Assembly: GCA_963796055.1 (NCBI GenBank)
Contig: CAWCKH010000003.1
Span: 576,001-640,000, forward strand
Direction of reading: 5' to 3'
DNA from: an uncultured delta proteobacterium
Lineage (GTDB): Bacteria; Myxococcota; Myxococcia; Myxococcales; Myxococcaceae
Length of the DNA: 64,000 nt
Part shown: positions 44,402 to 54,108 of the stretch, piece by piece
How the letters are laid out: the number at the start of each line of letters is the position of its first letter
Numbering within the stretch: the first letter of the stretch is position 1
Made by a program: the position numbers and the translations under genes
The notes under the pieces: model-generated
Told to the model about the DNA's origin: nothing
The model's database searches: none
The model's input: the letters and a program-made list of their open reading frames with translations, nothing else

Positions 44402-46594
44402 ATGCCCCGATCCGTCCGGACGGGCCAGGTGCTCGTCCTGTTGCTCGCGGGTGCGACCGCACGCGCCCAGCCCGCCACCGCTCCGCCGAGCGGGCCGTCG
44501 GAGACCACGGTGGCCCAGCTGACCCCCGATGCTCCCTCGGTGGACGCGAATGGGTCGCCGTACCAGACGACGGTCGAGGCCCGGGCCCCGACCTCCGCGG
44601 CCTCGGCGGAGACCATCCGCGACCGGGACCTCCGGCTTCGACCCTACGCGACCCCGGAGGACATCCTCCGCGTCGTGCCCGGCCTGGTCACCGCCCAGCA
44701 TCAGGGCGGGGGAAAGGCCGACCAGCTGTTCCTCCGCGGATTCGACGCAGACCACGGAACGGACGTCGCCCTCTCCCTCGACGGCATCCCCGTCAACCTT
44801 CCCTCGCACGGCCACGGCCAGGGCTACGCCGACCTGAACTTCCTCATCCCCGAGGTCGTCGACCGCGTGGAGGTGCTCAAGGGTCCCTACTTCGTCGAGT
44901 TCGGCGACTTCGCCACCGCCGGCGCGGTGAACCTCCGCACCCGTCGCAGCTTCGCCGAGAGCTCCGTCCAGGCGTCGTACGGATCGTTCCAGAGCTGGCG
45001 CGTCCTGGGCGTGGGGAGCACCGGGGCCACCGCGAACCCCACCTGGCTCGCCGCGGAGGTGTCGGGCACGCAGGGCCCGTTCCTCGTCGGCGAGGACCTG
45101 CGCCGGTACGCCCTCTTCCTCAAGTCGACCCTGCAGCTCTCGTCGAGCACCACCCTCGGCATCCTCGCCAGCGCGTACGGATCGCAGTGGCGTGCGAGCG
45201 GCCAGATTCCCGAACGGCTGCTGACCGTCTCCCAGTTCAACCCCGTTGCCCTGGACCCCTTCGGCTCGATCGACCCCAGCGAGGGCGGCCAGACCCAGCG
45301 GCAGATGATCGCGCTCACCGTCGAGAGCCACCCGTCGGACCGGAACGAGATCGCCCTCACCGCCTACGCGGTCCGTTACCGGCTCACGCTCTTCAGCGAC
45401 TTCACCTTCCAGCTCCACGACGAAACCAACTTCGACGAGATCGAGCAGACCGACGCGCGCCTCTACACCGGGCTGAACGCGATCTACCGGCGCCGCATCG
45501 AGCTCGGTGACGTCCGGATGGTCACCACGATCGGCGCCCAGGCCCGGCTGGACTCGACGACGGTGGGACTCTGGCACGTGAAGGAACGCGTCCGGCTCCC
45601 GACCTGCGCACCGGTGGTGCCGGGCGCCCCGCTCAATCCCTGTGCGCTCGACGACGTCGTCCAGTCCGACCTCGCCGCCTTCTTCCAGGAGGACGTGCGG
45701 TTCACGCCATGGCTGCGGGTGGTGCTCGGGGTGCGTGGAGACCTGTTCGAATGGAACGTCACCAACAACGGCCCGAACCCGAGCCCCGCCGAGAACCACG
45801 GCACGGGAGTCGTCCAGCGCGGCATCGTCAATCCCAAGCTGCAGACGGTCATCACTCCCCTCACCGGCTGGGACCTGTACCTCGACGCCGGAGGTGGCTT
45901 TCACAGCAACGACGCGCGGGCAGTGGTGGCGCAGAACGGCTCGGGGGCGCTTCCCCGTGCGTGGGGCGGCGAGGTGGGCACCCGCCTGTCGCTTCTCGAC
46001 CGGAGGCTCGACCTCGCCGCAGCGCTCTGGGCCATCCACCTCCAGTCCGAGCTGGTCTTCGTCGCCGACGAGGGGACCACCGAGGCGTCGGACCCCACCG
46101 ACCGCTATGGCCTCGACCTCGAAGCCCGCTTCCGCATCCTCGCCTGGATGTGGGCCGATCTCGACCTCACGCTCGCGCACGCCGCGTACACCCAGGACCA
46201 CGGCAACGCCCGGGCGGTGGCGCTGGCACCGACCTTCACCGCCCAGGCCGGCCTCAGCGTCGTCCACCCCGCGGGCATCCGTGGGCGGCTCGGCGCGCGC
46301 TGGGTCGGGAGCCGCCCGGCCACCGAGGACCCGAATGGCCTGCAGGCGCAAGGGTACTTCATCGTGGACCTCACGCTCGCCTACCGCTGGCGCTTCCTCG
46401 AGGTTGGCCTGGCCATCGAGAACGTGCTGAACACCGCCTGGCGCGAGGCCCAGTTCGCCAACAACTCGTACGTGGCTGGGCGAGACCCGGACCTCCGCGA
46501 TCCGGTCACCGGTGCACGGATCGGCCAGTTCGGCATCCACTTCGCGCCGGGGAACCCGATCAACGTCCGGGGCACGGTCGCGGTCTACTTCTGA
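44402..46594 (+). CDS. TonB-dependent outer-membrane receptor, probably for a metal
   Basis: Plug QHQGGGKADQLFLRGFDADHGTD...HGHGQGYADLN, KGPY, GFHSNDAR, C-terminal Phe (VAVYF). Confidence 0.93.
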   Translation: MPRSVRTGQVLVLLLAGATARAQPATAPPSGPSETTVAQLTPDAPSVDANGSPYQTTVEARAPTSAASAETIRDRDLRLRPYATPEDILRVVPGLVTAQHQGGGKADQLFLRGFDADHGTDVALSLDGIPVNLPSHGHGQGYADLNFLIPEVVDRVEVLKGPYFVEFGDFATAGAVNLRTRRSFAESSVQASYGSFQSWRVLGVGSTGATANPTWLAAEVSGTQGPFLVGEDLRRYALFLKSTLQLSSSTTLGILASAYGSQWRASGQIPERLLTVSQFNPVALDPFGSIDPSEGGQTQRQMIALTVESHPSDRNEIALTAYAVRYRLTLFSDFTFQLHDETNFDEIEQTDARLYTGLNAIYRRRIELGDVRMVTTIGAQARLDSTTVGLWHVKERVRLPTCAPVVPGAPLNPCALDDVVQSDLAAFFQEDVRFTPWLRVVLGVRGDLFEWNVTNNGPNPSPAENHGTGVVQRGIVNPKLQTVITPLTGWDLYLDAGGGFHSNDARAVVAQNGSGALPRAWGGEVGTRLSLLDRRLDLAAALWAIHLQSELVFVADEGTTEASDPTDRYGLDLEARFRILAWMWADLDLTLAHAAYTQDHGNARAVALAPTFTAQAGLSVVHPAGIRGRLGARWVGSRPATEDPNGLQAQGYFIVDLTLAYRWRFLEVGLAIENVLNTAWREAQFANNSYVAGRDPDLRDPVTGARIGQFGIHFAPGNPINVRGTVAVYF

Positions 46595-47016
46595 TCCCCC
46601 GGGGGTTTTCGCTCGCGCAGCCGTCGCTCGCGCGCGGTGACCGCGGCAGCCGTCTCGCTCTGACCCTCGCTCCGGAGCTTCTTGAACTCGTCCTGGAAAT
46701 CCTTCAGCTCGTCCTCCGAGGCGTCCTCGAGCGCGGCGAAGGTGTTCCGCGCCTCGCGGGTGCTGCGGATGAGCTCGTCGAGCTTGAGGTGGAGCGCGGT
46801 GGCGTCGCGGTTCTGGGTGGCCTGGATGAGGAACACCATCAGGAAGGTCACCACCGTCGTCCCGGTGTTGATGACCAGCTGCCACGAGTCGCTGAAGTGG
46901 AACAGCGGGCCGGTCACCGCCCAGGCCACGACCACCAGCAGCGCCAGCGTGAAGGCGAGCGGCGTCCCCATCGCTCGGGACGCGCTGTTGGCGAAACGAC
47001 GGAAACCGTCCTCCAT
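46585..47016 (-). CDS. Low-affinity iron permease (Fet4-like) family protein
   Basis: WAVTGP.F.FSDSWQLVINTGTTVVTFLMVFLIQATQNRD..ALHLKLDELI. Confidence 0.9.
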   Translation of the reverse strand: MEDGFRRFANSASRAMGTPLAFTLALLVVVAWAVTGPLFHFSDSWQLVINTGTTVVTFLMVFLIQATQNRDATALHLKLDELIRSTREARNTFAALEDASEDELKDFQDEFKKLRSEGQSETAAAVTARERRLRERKPPGDQK

Positions 47017-47116
47017 CCACCCAGAAGGTAGGCACCGGTGCCGGCCCGCGGGAGCGCCCTTCCCTTCGGGAATGGGCTTGACCGGGGCGGCCGTGGCGAG
47101 AACGCTCGCGCCGCCC

Positions 47117-48595
47117 GTGAAGTGCCACCCCCTTGCGCCGCTGCTGGTCCTCCTGGTCTCCGCCAGCACCGCCGGCGCCCAGCCCGACGAGCGGCCCGGG
47201 GGTTCCCCGCCGGGGGTGGTCCGCATCCGCGAACGGGGGGTCCTCGAGCTCCGGGTTCCCCTCGCCGGGCGTCCACCCCAGACCCGCGCCCGCGAGGCGA
47301 CCGAAGCCCTGACCCACGTCCTCGAGCAACCCGGGCCAGACGTGGTCCACCTCGAGCCGGCCGAGCAGGGAGTGGCGCTGCGGGTGGGCACGACGCCGAT
47401 TCTCGAGCTGGCCGCGGACGACGCCCGAGAGGGTGGGGCCACCGACCTCACGCTCTACGCCGCCGTGGTGGGGCAGCGCATCGAGGCGGCGCTGAAGGCG
47501 GAGCGGCGACGGCTGGAGATCCAGGACACCGTGTTCTCAGTCTCGCTGGCGGTGTTCATCACCCTGCTCGCCTTCCTGGCGCTGCGGCTGGTCGGGAGGC
47601 TCGCCGCGCAGCTCCGCGCCGCGCTGGTGGCCGACCGCGAGCGGGTCCCGGCGCTCAGGGTGGGCAACGTGGAGGTGGCGAGCCAGCGGGTGGTGCGCGG
47701 GGCGCTGGGGCTCGGTCTGCTGGTCGGCGCCTGGATCGTCCAGATCCTCGTGCTCTACGTCTGGGTGCTCTTCGTCCTTTCGCTGTTCGCCCCCACCCGC
47801 GCGTACGGCGCCCGGCTCACCGGGTCGGTCCTCCGGCCGGCGGCGGCCATCCTCGGCCGGGCAGGTGGCGCGCTCCCGATGCTGGTGGTGGCGGCCCTGC
47901 TGGCGCTGGTGGTGGGGCTGGTGGTTCGCACCCTGCGGCTGTTCTTCGAGAGCATCGCCCGGGGCGAGACGCACGTCCGCTGGATCTCGGCGGATCTGGC
48001 GCGCCCGGTGGGCGTGCTGCTGCGCGGCGCGATCGTCGTGCTGGCGGTGCTGTTCGCCGCCCCGCTCATCACCGGCGGCGACACCGGTGCTCTCTCCCGG
48101 CTGGCGACGGCGGTGCTCCTGGCGCTGGCGCTGGGGGCCGTGCCCCTCCTGGCCTCGGTCGCGGTGGGGCTTCCCACGGTCTTCAGCCGGACGCTTCAGC
48201 CGGGACAGATGGTGGAGCTCGGGGGCCGCCGGGGCCGCGTCCGCGCGGTAACGCTCCTCGAGATTCACCTCGAGGACCCCCAGGGGGCGGAGCTGCACAT
48301 CCCGCATCTGGTGGCATTCCTCCACCCGAGACGCGCGCTGGGAGGAGTCTCGCGCCGGGCGCTCGAGGTGTGGGTGGACAGCGCAGAGGATCAGGCCCGG
48401 GTCGAGTCGGTGCTGCTCGAGGCCGCGGGCTCGCATGCCTCCGGGGCCCGGGCCGAGCTCCTCTCGCTGGACGGACGCGGAGCCCGGTGGCGGGTGTGGG
48501 GCATCCACCCCGACCTGGGCCAGCGGGTGGCCACCGCGCTGCGCGATGCGCGGGTGACGCTTGGGCAACCTGGGCCCGAGGCGCGCCGCCCATGA
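47117..48595 (+). CDS. MscS-family mechanosensitive channel-like protein
   Basis: Signal peptide, periplasmic domain, several TMs, LQPGQMVELGGRRGRV..VTLL...LHIPH beta domain; start uncertain. Confidence 0.72.
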   Translation: MKCHPLAPLLVLLVSASTAGAQPDERPGGSPPGVVRIRERGVLELRVPLAGRPPQTRAREATEALTHVLEQPGPDVVHLEPAEQGVALRVGTTPILELAADDAREGGATDLTLYAAVVGQRIEAALKAERRRLEIQDTVFSVSLAVFITLLAFLALRLVGRLAAQLRAALVADRERVPALRVGNVEVASQRVVRGALGLGLLVGAWIVQILVLYVWVLFVLSLFAPTRAYGARLTGSVLRPAAAILGRAGGALPMLVVAALLALVVGLVVRTLRLFFESIARGETHVRWISADLARPVGVLLRGAIVVLAVLFAAPLITGGDTGALSRLATAVLLALALGAVPLLASVAVGLPTVFSRTLQPGQMVELGGRRGRVRAVTLLEIHLEDPQGAELHIPHLVAFLHPRRALGGVSRRALEVWVDSAEDQARVESVLLEAAGSHASGARAELLSLDGRGARWRVWGIHPDLGQRVATALRDARVTLGQPGPEARRP

Positions 48596-49833
48596 ACACG
48601 CTCTGGGCGCTGATGGGGCTCATCGCCGCCGCCTTCGTCGGCAGCGTCCTGGTGGGGCGCCGCAGGCAGACACGCCACGGGCTGGCCTCGGGGTCGGAGC
48701 CGGTCCTCGCCGGGTTCCTGCTCGGCCCGACGGTGCTTGGCCTCGTCACCCCCGGCCTCCTCGAGGTCTTCACCCCGCTGGCGCAGGTGGGGTTGGGCTG
48801 GCTCGCGCTGATCGTCGGGCTCGACTACGGGTGGGTGGACCGTCGACGGATCCCCATCATCCGGCGCGTCGGAGGGACGCTCGCCGGGCTCTTCACCATG
48901 GCGGCCATCACCGCGGCGACCTTCGCCGTGCTCCGGCGACTGCAGCCCACCGGGCCGTCATGGTGGCAGGACACCGCGAACTGGATTACCGCCGGGGGCA
49001 TCGGGGCGGCCTGCGCCGAGACGACCCGCCACGCGGTGCGCTGGGTGGCCGACCGACTGAAGGCGAGCGGCGAGGTGACCGACGTGCTGCTCGACGTCGC
49101 CGACGCGGACGACTTCGGGCCCCTGCTCGCTTGCGGTGCGCTGTTCACACTGCAGCCGCCAGCCGGGCTCCGATGGGCGGCCCACCCGGGTGTGCTCTGG
49201 GCAGGGCAGATCGGTCTCGGAGTGGCCATCGGCCTCCTCACGGCGCTGCTGGTCTCGCGGGAGTTCCGCTCCCGGTCACTGTGGGGGCTGCTCTTTGGAA
49301 CCTCGATGGTTGCCATCGGACTCGCCGTCCGGGCCGACCTGGCGGTGTTGACGGTGGGGTTCTGCATGGGCCTCGGGCTGAGCGCGGTGTCCCGCCACCG
49401 CCAGGCCATCCGGGCGGTGGTCCTCCCGGTCGAGGGCCCCCTCCGCTTGCCGGCGCTTCTCCTGGCCGGCGCCCACATCGACATCCGCGACGTTCCGCTG
49501 CTGCCATGGGTGGTGCCCACGGCACTGGGCGCGCGTGTCCTGGCCAAGACCCTGGTCGCGGGGATGGCCGCGGTGCTCTGCCCTCCACTTCGACGCGCTG
49601 GACCTCCCCTCGTCCCGGGGCTTCTGGCCTGTGGCCCCACCGCGATGAGCATCGGGCTGGCCTTCGCCCTGCGCTTTCCCGGCCCGGTCGGCGAGACGGT
49701 GCTGGTGTCGGCCGCCGCGGCAACGGTGCTGGGTGAGCTGGTCGCCCCCCTGGGCCTCAGGTCGGCCCTGCGCCGTGCCGGCGAGGCCACGGTCCAGACC
49801 GGCTCGCAGCCTGCACTCGAGGTGCCGGCATGA
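48592..49833 (+). CDS. Cation:proton antiporter-like membrane protein 1
   Basis: About 12 TMs; GFLLGPTVLGLV, ADADD; ATGA overlap. Confidence 0.7.
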   Translation: MNTLWALMGLIAAAFVGSVLVGRRRQTRHGLASGSEPVLAGFLLGPTVLGLVTPGLLEVFTPLAQVGLGWLALIVGLDYGWVDRRRIPIIRRVGGTLAGLFTMAAITAATFAVLRRLQPTGPSWWQDTANWITAGGIGAACAETTRHAVRWVADRLKASGEVTDVLLDVADADDFGPLLACGALFTLQPPAGLRWAAHPGVLWAGQIGLGVAIGLLTALLVSREFRSRSLWGLLFGTSMVAIGLAVRADLAVLTVGFCMGLGLSAVSRHRQAIRAVVLPVEGPLRLPALLLAGAHIDIRDVPLLPWVVPTALGARVLAKTLVAGMAAVLCPPLRRAGPPLVPGLLACGPTAMSIGLAFALRFPGPVGETVLVSAAAATVLGELVAPLGLRSALRRAGEATVQTGSQPALEVPA

Positions 49834-51185
49834 GCACCACCGGCGAGCAACGGCGCACGGCAAATCGCGCGGTGGAGCTCCTCCTGCTCGGGGTGCTGGT
49901 CGGGCTGATGCTCCTCGCCTCGCATGCGACCCCCGAGGGCGGCGGAAGTCGCGCACTGGCCGCGCTGGGGTTCCTCCTGCTCGCCGGGACGGTGGTGGCC
50001 AACGTGCTCGAGCCATTGGGGATCCCGCACCTCACGGCGTATCTGCTCACCGGGATGGTGGCGGGCCCGCATGCTCTCCATCTGGTGGACCACCAGGCGG
50101 TGACGGAGCTGTCGGGGATCAACGCGCTCGCCCTCTCGCTCATCTGTCTCACCGGTGGGGCAGAGCTGCGAGCGAAGCTGCTCCGGGCCAGCGCGCGTTC
50201 GATGGCCTGGGCGCTGCTCTTCCAGGCCGGGTTGGTGGTGGCGGTGACCGGCGGGGTGTTTCTCGCGCTCAAGCCATTGTTTCCCTTCCTCCGCCCCCTG
50301 CCGCTCGGTCCAGCGGTGGGGGTGGCCCTGGTCTGGGGGGTGCTCTCGCTCACCAGGAGCACCGCGGCCACCGTCGGCGTGCTGGCCCAGACGGGCGCCC
50401 GGGGACCGTTCACCAGCTTCAGCCTGGGCCTGGTGGTCAGCTCCGACGTCATGGTGGTGGTACTGCTCGGGGTCGTCCTGACCTTCGCCCGCCCGCTGAT
50501 CGACCCCACCGAGCCCCTCTCGCTGGGTGCGCTTCGCGACGTGGGCAGGGAAGTGCTGAGCAGCGTGGCGGTGGGCTCGACCCTGGGGCTGATCCTCGCC
50601 GCGTATCTCCGCTTCGTGGGCCGGCAGCTGGTCCTGCTCTTCATCGCTCTCGGTCTGGTGATGACGCAGGTTCTCGACTACCTCCGCTTCGACTGGCTGT
50701 TGATCTTCATCACCGCAGGCTTCGTGGTGCAGAACCTCTCCGCGCAGGGCGACCGCTTTCTCCAGGCATTGAAGCGGATGGGAGAGATCGTCTACGTGAT
50801 CTTCTTTGCCATCGCCGGAGCGCACCTCGATCTGCCGCTCCTCGGCCGACTCTGGCCGATGGCCCTGGCGCTGGCGCTCACCCGAGTGGGAGCGATCTGG
50901 GCCGCGTCGCGCATTGCCACCCGGGTGGCCGGGGATCCGCCGCAGTTCCGGCGCTGGTCCTGGTGTCCCCTGGTCTCCCAGGCGGGCCTGGCGCTCGGGC
51001 TGTTCGCGCGGGTCCAGGGCGAGTTCCCGGCCTTCGGCACTGCGTTCGCCGCGATGGGGGTGGCGACGGTGGCGGTGAACGAGATGGTCGGCCCGGTGCT
51101 GTTCAAGACCGCCCTGGACCGGACGGGCGAGACCGCGCGTCAGGCGGAACCGGACGAGCAGACCGAGGCCGCGGCGACGTCCTGA
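49830..51185 (+). CDS. Cation:proton antiporter (CPA) 2
   Basis: PHLTAYLLTGMVAGP, GGAEL, SSDV, FFAIAGAHL, SQAGLALGL, NEMVGP. Confidence 0.8.
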   Translation: MSTTGEQRRTANRAVELLLLGVLVGLMLLASHATPEGGGSRALAALGFLLLAGTVVANVLEPLGIPHLTAYLLTGMVAGPHALHLVDHQAVTELSGINALALSLICLTGGAELRAKLLRASARSMAWALLFQAGLVVAVTGGVFLALKPLFPFLRPLPLGPAVGVALVWGVLSLTRSTAATVGVLAQTGARGPFTSFSLGLVVSSDVMVVVLLGVVLTFARPLIDPTEPLSLGALRDVGREVLSSVAVGSTLGLILAAYLRFVGRQLVLLFIALGLVMTQVLDYLRFDWLLIFITAGFVVQNLSAQGDRFLQALKRMGEIVYVIFFAIAGAHLDLPLLGRLWPMALALALTRVGAIWAASRIATRVAGDPPQFRRWSWCPLVSQAGLALGLFARVQGEFPAFGTAFAAMGVATVAVNEMVGPVLFKTALDRTGETARQAEPDEQTEAAATS

Positions 51186-51798
51186 TCGGCGACGTCCCGG
51201 TGCGGTAGGTCCGACCCTCGCGACCCACTTCGCCCCACGGCAGACGGAGCCCGCGGTCGAGCGCGGCCAGAGTCGGACGGCCCAGGTGAGCGAAGACCAG
51301 GCGGCGCACTCCATGCCGCGCGGCGGAGGCACACACCTCGGCGACCGTCGCGTGCCCGCCCACGCGGCCGGCGAACCAGATGCGCCGGCTCCAGGCCGCA
51401 GCCTCGGCGAACACCAGCGGCGCGCCCCGGGCCCACCGGGGGAAGACGAGGAACTCGGGTGCCCAGACGGCCCGGGCCGCTCCGAGGCGGATGTCGTACC
51501 CGAAGGTTGGGTGCGCGGTGTGCCGCACCGCCCGGGGCTGGATCGAGAGGCCGTCCCGGACGAAGGCACGGACAGCCGGCTCGCATCCCCGCGAGCGCGC
51601 CAGCCGCCGGATGCCGCTCATCAGCTCGCCCCGGGCATCGGTCACCAGCCAGGCGTCGATCCGTCCCGCGGGCTCGGAGCCCGGGCCGCCGTCGATCATC
51701 ACCCGCATCCGCCGGGCGCGGACCAGCACGCCCGCCGGGGCGAAGCGGGGCGAGTTCATCGCCCCCACCCCGAGCAGCGTGCAGCGGAGCGGCGCCAC
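51103..51798 (-). CDS. Metallo-beta-lactamase-fold protein with degenerate metal motif
   Basis: LLGVGA, VMIDGG, DAWLVTD, VRHTAHPTFGY, GGH, FAHLG; start uncertain. Confidence 0.6.
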   Translation of the reverse strand: MAPLRCTLLGVGAMNSPRFAPAGVLVRARRMRVMIDGGPGSEPAGRIDAWLVTDARGELMSGIRRLARSRGCEPAVRAFVRDGLSIQPRAVRHTAHPTFGYDIRLGAARAVWAPEFLVFPRWARGAPLVFAEAAAWSRRIWFAGRVGGHATVAEVCASAARHGVRRLVFAHLGRPTLAALDRGLRLPWGEVGREGRTYRTGTSPIRTSPRPRSARPVPPDARSRPSGPGRS

Positions 51799-51815
51799 TT
51801 CCCGCGAGCCTGGAC

Positions 51816-52211
51816 TCAGCGGGGCGTGAAGAAGTCGCGTGCCGCGGCGAGGAAGTCGGTGTCGGTCACGATGGCCATCAGGTGCCCATCCGTCCCCAGC
51901 ACCGGGAGCGAGCTGAACTGGTGCTCGAGCAGCAGCTCGATGGCTTCGTGGACCGGGGTGTCGGGGGTGACGGTCACCGGATGGCGGCTCATGGTCTCGC
52001 CCACCCGGACCTGCTTCTTTCCCCGCGCCAGCGCCAGGAGCACGTCCCCGGCGGAGAGAATCCCCACCAGGTTCTGCTTCGAGTCCACCACCGGGACATG
52101 CCGGATCGCGCCGAGCTTCATCTGGGCGTCGGCCACCCCGATGGTGTCGCTGTCGTGCACGACGATGAGCGCGGTGGACATGAGGTCTCCGACCTTTGCG
52201 ACGCGGGACAT
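51816..52211 (-). CDS. Tandem CBS-domain protein
   Basis: VGDLMS, IRHVPVVD..LVGILSAGD, LPVL...IVTDTDF; RBS GGAGG. Confidence 0.9.
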   Translation of the reverse strand: MSRVAKVGDLMSTALIVVHDSDTIGVADAQMKLGAIRHVPVVDSKQNLVGILSAGDVLLALARGKKQVRVGETMSRHPVTVTPDTPVHEAIELLLEHQFSSLPVLGTDGHLMAIVTDTDFLAAARDFFTPR

Positions 52212-52342
52212 CGAGCACCTCCGGCTGGGCAGCACTCTACTCCCGCGGGTGAAGAGAGGGACACGGTCGCTCGAGCGACGCCGCAGCCCCCGCTGGCTGC
52301 ACCGCGGACGCCGCAAATCCTGCGCCGCCCTAGCCTGGACCG

Positions 52343-53995
52343 ATGCTCGCTCCGCTCCTGACCGTGTCCGCGCTCACCCTGGCCGCCAGTCCAGACCCGC
52401 TGGCCAGCATCCGCGCCGAGTCCCGGGCCCTGGTGCTCATCCAGCAGACACTCCAGTGGTACACCGCGACCGTCGGCGAGACGAGCATCCAGGCCGAGAC
52501 CTACCTGGGTCACGACCGGCTCTTCTCCAGGGAGTCGATCGCCCGGGTGCGGAAGGCGGCGCAGGCGCCCGGCATCTCCGCCGACGAGCGGCGGGCGCGC
52601 GAGTTCCTCCAGGCCTACCTCGCCGGCGAGTACCTCTCCCAGTCGACCGCCGTCTTCGACGATCGCGCCCAGAACGCCGAGCTCCAAGCCACGGTCCGCC
52701 TCCCCTGGATGAAGGACCCGGTGCCCTACAAGCAGCTGGACCTCCTGATCGCGGACGAGAAGGACGGCGGCCGCCGGGCGGAGATCGACAGGGCACGGGC
52801 CGAGATCTGGAGGACGGTGCTCAACCCCATCCTCGCGGAGAAGGAGGCCACCGCGCAGCGGCTGGCACGAGCGCTCGGCTACCGCTCGTACGTGGAGCTC
52901 TCCGAGGAGGGCCGGAGGGTCCAGCTCCGTCCGTTCATGGTGGAAGGCAAGCGCTTCCTCGACGCCACCGACGGGCTCTTTCGCCAGCTGCTGGAGGAGG
53001 TGACCCCGCGCGAGCTGGGCATCCCCGCCTCGCAGCTTCGACGCAGCGACTTCGGCCGCCTCTTCAAGGGTCCGCGGCTCGAGCGCTTCTTCCCCGCGGA
53101 CATCGCGGTGCCGTCGTTCACCGCCTTCCTCGGTGGGATGGGCCTCGACTTCAAGACCGTGGCCGGCACCGAGGTCCGGGTGGACGACGCGCTTCACCCG
53201 CTCAAGGAGCCGCGCGCCGCCTGCTGGGGCATCCGGGTGCCCGAGGACGTACGGATCAACGTCAAGCCCCTCCCCGGTCTGGACAGCCTGGGAGTCTTCT
53301 TCCACGAGGGCGGCCACGCGGTGATGTTCGCCAACACCACCACCAAGGTCTGGGAGTTCCAGCAGCTCGGGCCCCTGGCCTTCACCGAGGGGCTGGGTGA
53401 GGTCTTCCGGTACTCCTGGGCGGACCCGGTCTGGCTGAAGCGCTACCGCAGCTTCGTGCAGGCCCACAACGCGCAGGCCAACCGGAGCGAGCCGCTGATG
53501 AGCGACCAGGACATCCGCGATCTCGCGCGGCTCCAGCTGCTCTACCAGCTCTACTACCTGCGCCGGTATGCATACGCGAAGCTGGTTTACGAGTCGGTGC
53601 TGCACGGCGGCTCGCCGGCGCTCTGGAAGGGGCTCTACGATCGGCCCACGGGCGACCCGATGGCGGTGTACCGCGACGTCTTCTCCACCGCTTACGCCGT
53701 GCCGCTGGACGAGAACGACGCGCTGCGCTTCCGCACCGACGTCGACGACACCTTCTACTCGGCGGACTACGCCCGGGCGTTCGCGCTCGCCCACCTCATC
53801 CACGAGGGAATGCGGAGCCGGTTCGGAGCGGACTGGTACGGCAATCCGGAGGCCGGGCGCCTCATCCGGACGCTGGTGGCAGAGGGCAACAAGCCGCAAC
53901 CCGAGGAGGTGGCGAAGGTCTTCGGCGTCCCCTTCGACCTCCGGCCCGCAGAGGCCCGGATCCGCCGGCTGGCCGCCGAGACCTCGGCCCACTGA
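52343..53995 (+). CDS. Exported M3/M2-like zinc metallopeptidase
   Basis: Signal peptide; K.PRAAC, FFHEGGHA, downstream TEG, FYSADY. Confidence 0.72.
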   Translation: MLAPLLTVSALTLAASPDPLASIRAESRALVLIQQTLQWYTATVGETSIQAETYLGHDRLFSRESIARVRKAAQAPGISADERRAREFLQAYLAGEYLSQSTAVFDDRAQNAELQATVRLPWMKDPVPYKQLDLLIADEKDGGRRAEIDRARAEIWRTVLNPILAEKEATAQRLARALGYRSYVELSEEGRRVQLRPFMVEGKRFLDATDGLFRQLLEEVTPRELGIPASQLRRSDFGRLFKGPRLERFFPADIAVPSFTAFLGGMGLDFKTVAGTEVRVDDALHPLKEPRAACWGIRVPEDVRINVKPLPGLDSLGVFFHEGGHAVMFANTTTKVWEFQQLGPLAFTEGLGEVFRYSWADPVWLKRYRSFVQAHNAQANRSEPLMSDQDIRDLARLQLLYQLYYLRRYAYAKLVYESVLHGGSPALWKGLYDRPTGDPMAVYRDVFSTAYAVPLDENDALRFRTDVDDTFYSADYARAFALAHLIHEGMRSRFGADWYGNPEAGRLIRTLVAEGNKPQPEEVAKVFGVPFDLRPAEARIRRLAAETSAH

Positions 53996-54036
53996 CGGCG
54001 GCCCCGGCGCAACGCTCTTGCCGGTGCACGGGCGGG

Positions 54037-54054
54037 ATGTCATCGGTTCGTCAC
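54037..54054 (+). promoter_or_regulatory. Candidate Pho box
   Basis: ATGTCAT-cggt-TCGTCAC: two GTCA units 11 bp apart, 55 nt upstream of alkaline phosphatase. Confidence 0.6.
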
Positions 54055-54108
54055 CTGGACGGAGGACACCTGACCCATCTCGCCGTCAGGACCCGGAGCC
54101 TTCCCTGC

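Noticed and set aside
46595..46610. Terminator-like CCCCCGGGGG followed by a T run after the TonB receptor
   Set aside because: Stem too short with no real loop, and it lies within the convergent permease coding end
43871..47350. 1159-aa minus-strand ORF, and similar long ORFs such as 14629-17118, 32441-35182 and 48825-51569
   Set aside because: Antisense shadows of well-supported genes in GC-rich DNA; no recognisable motifs
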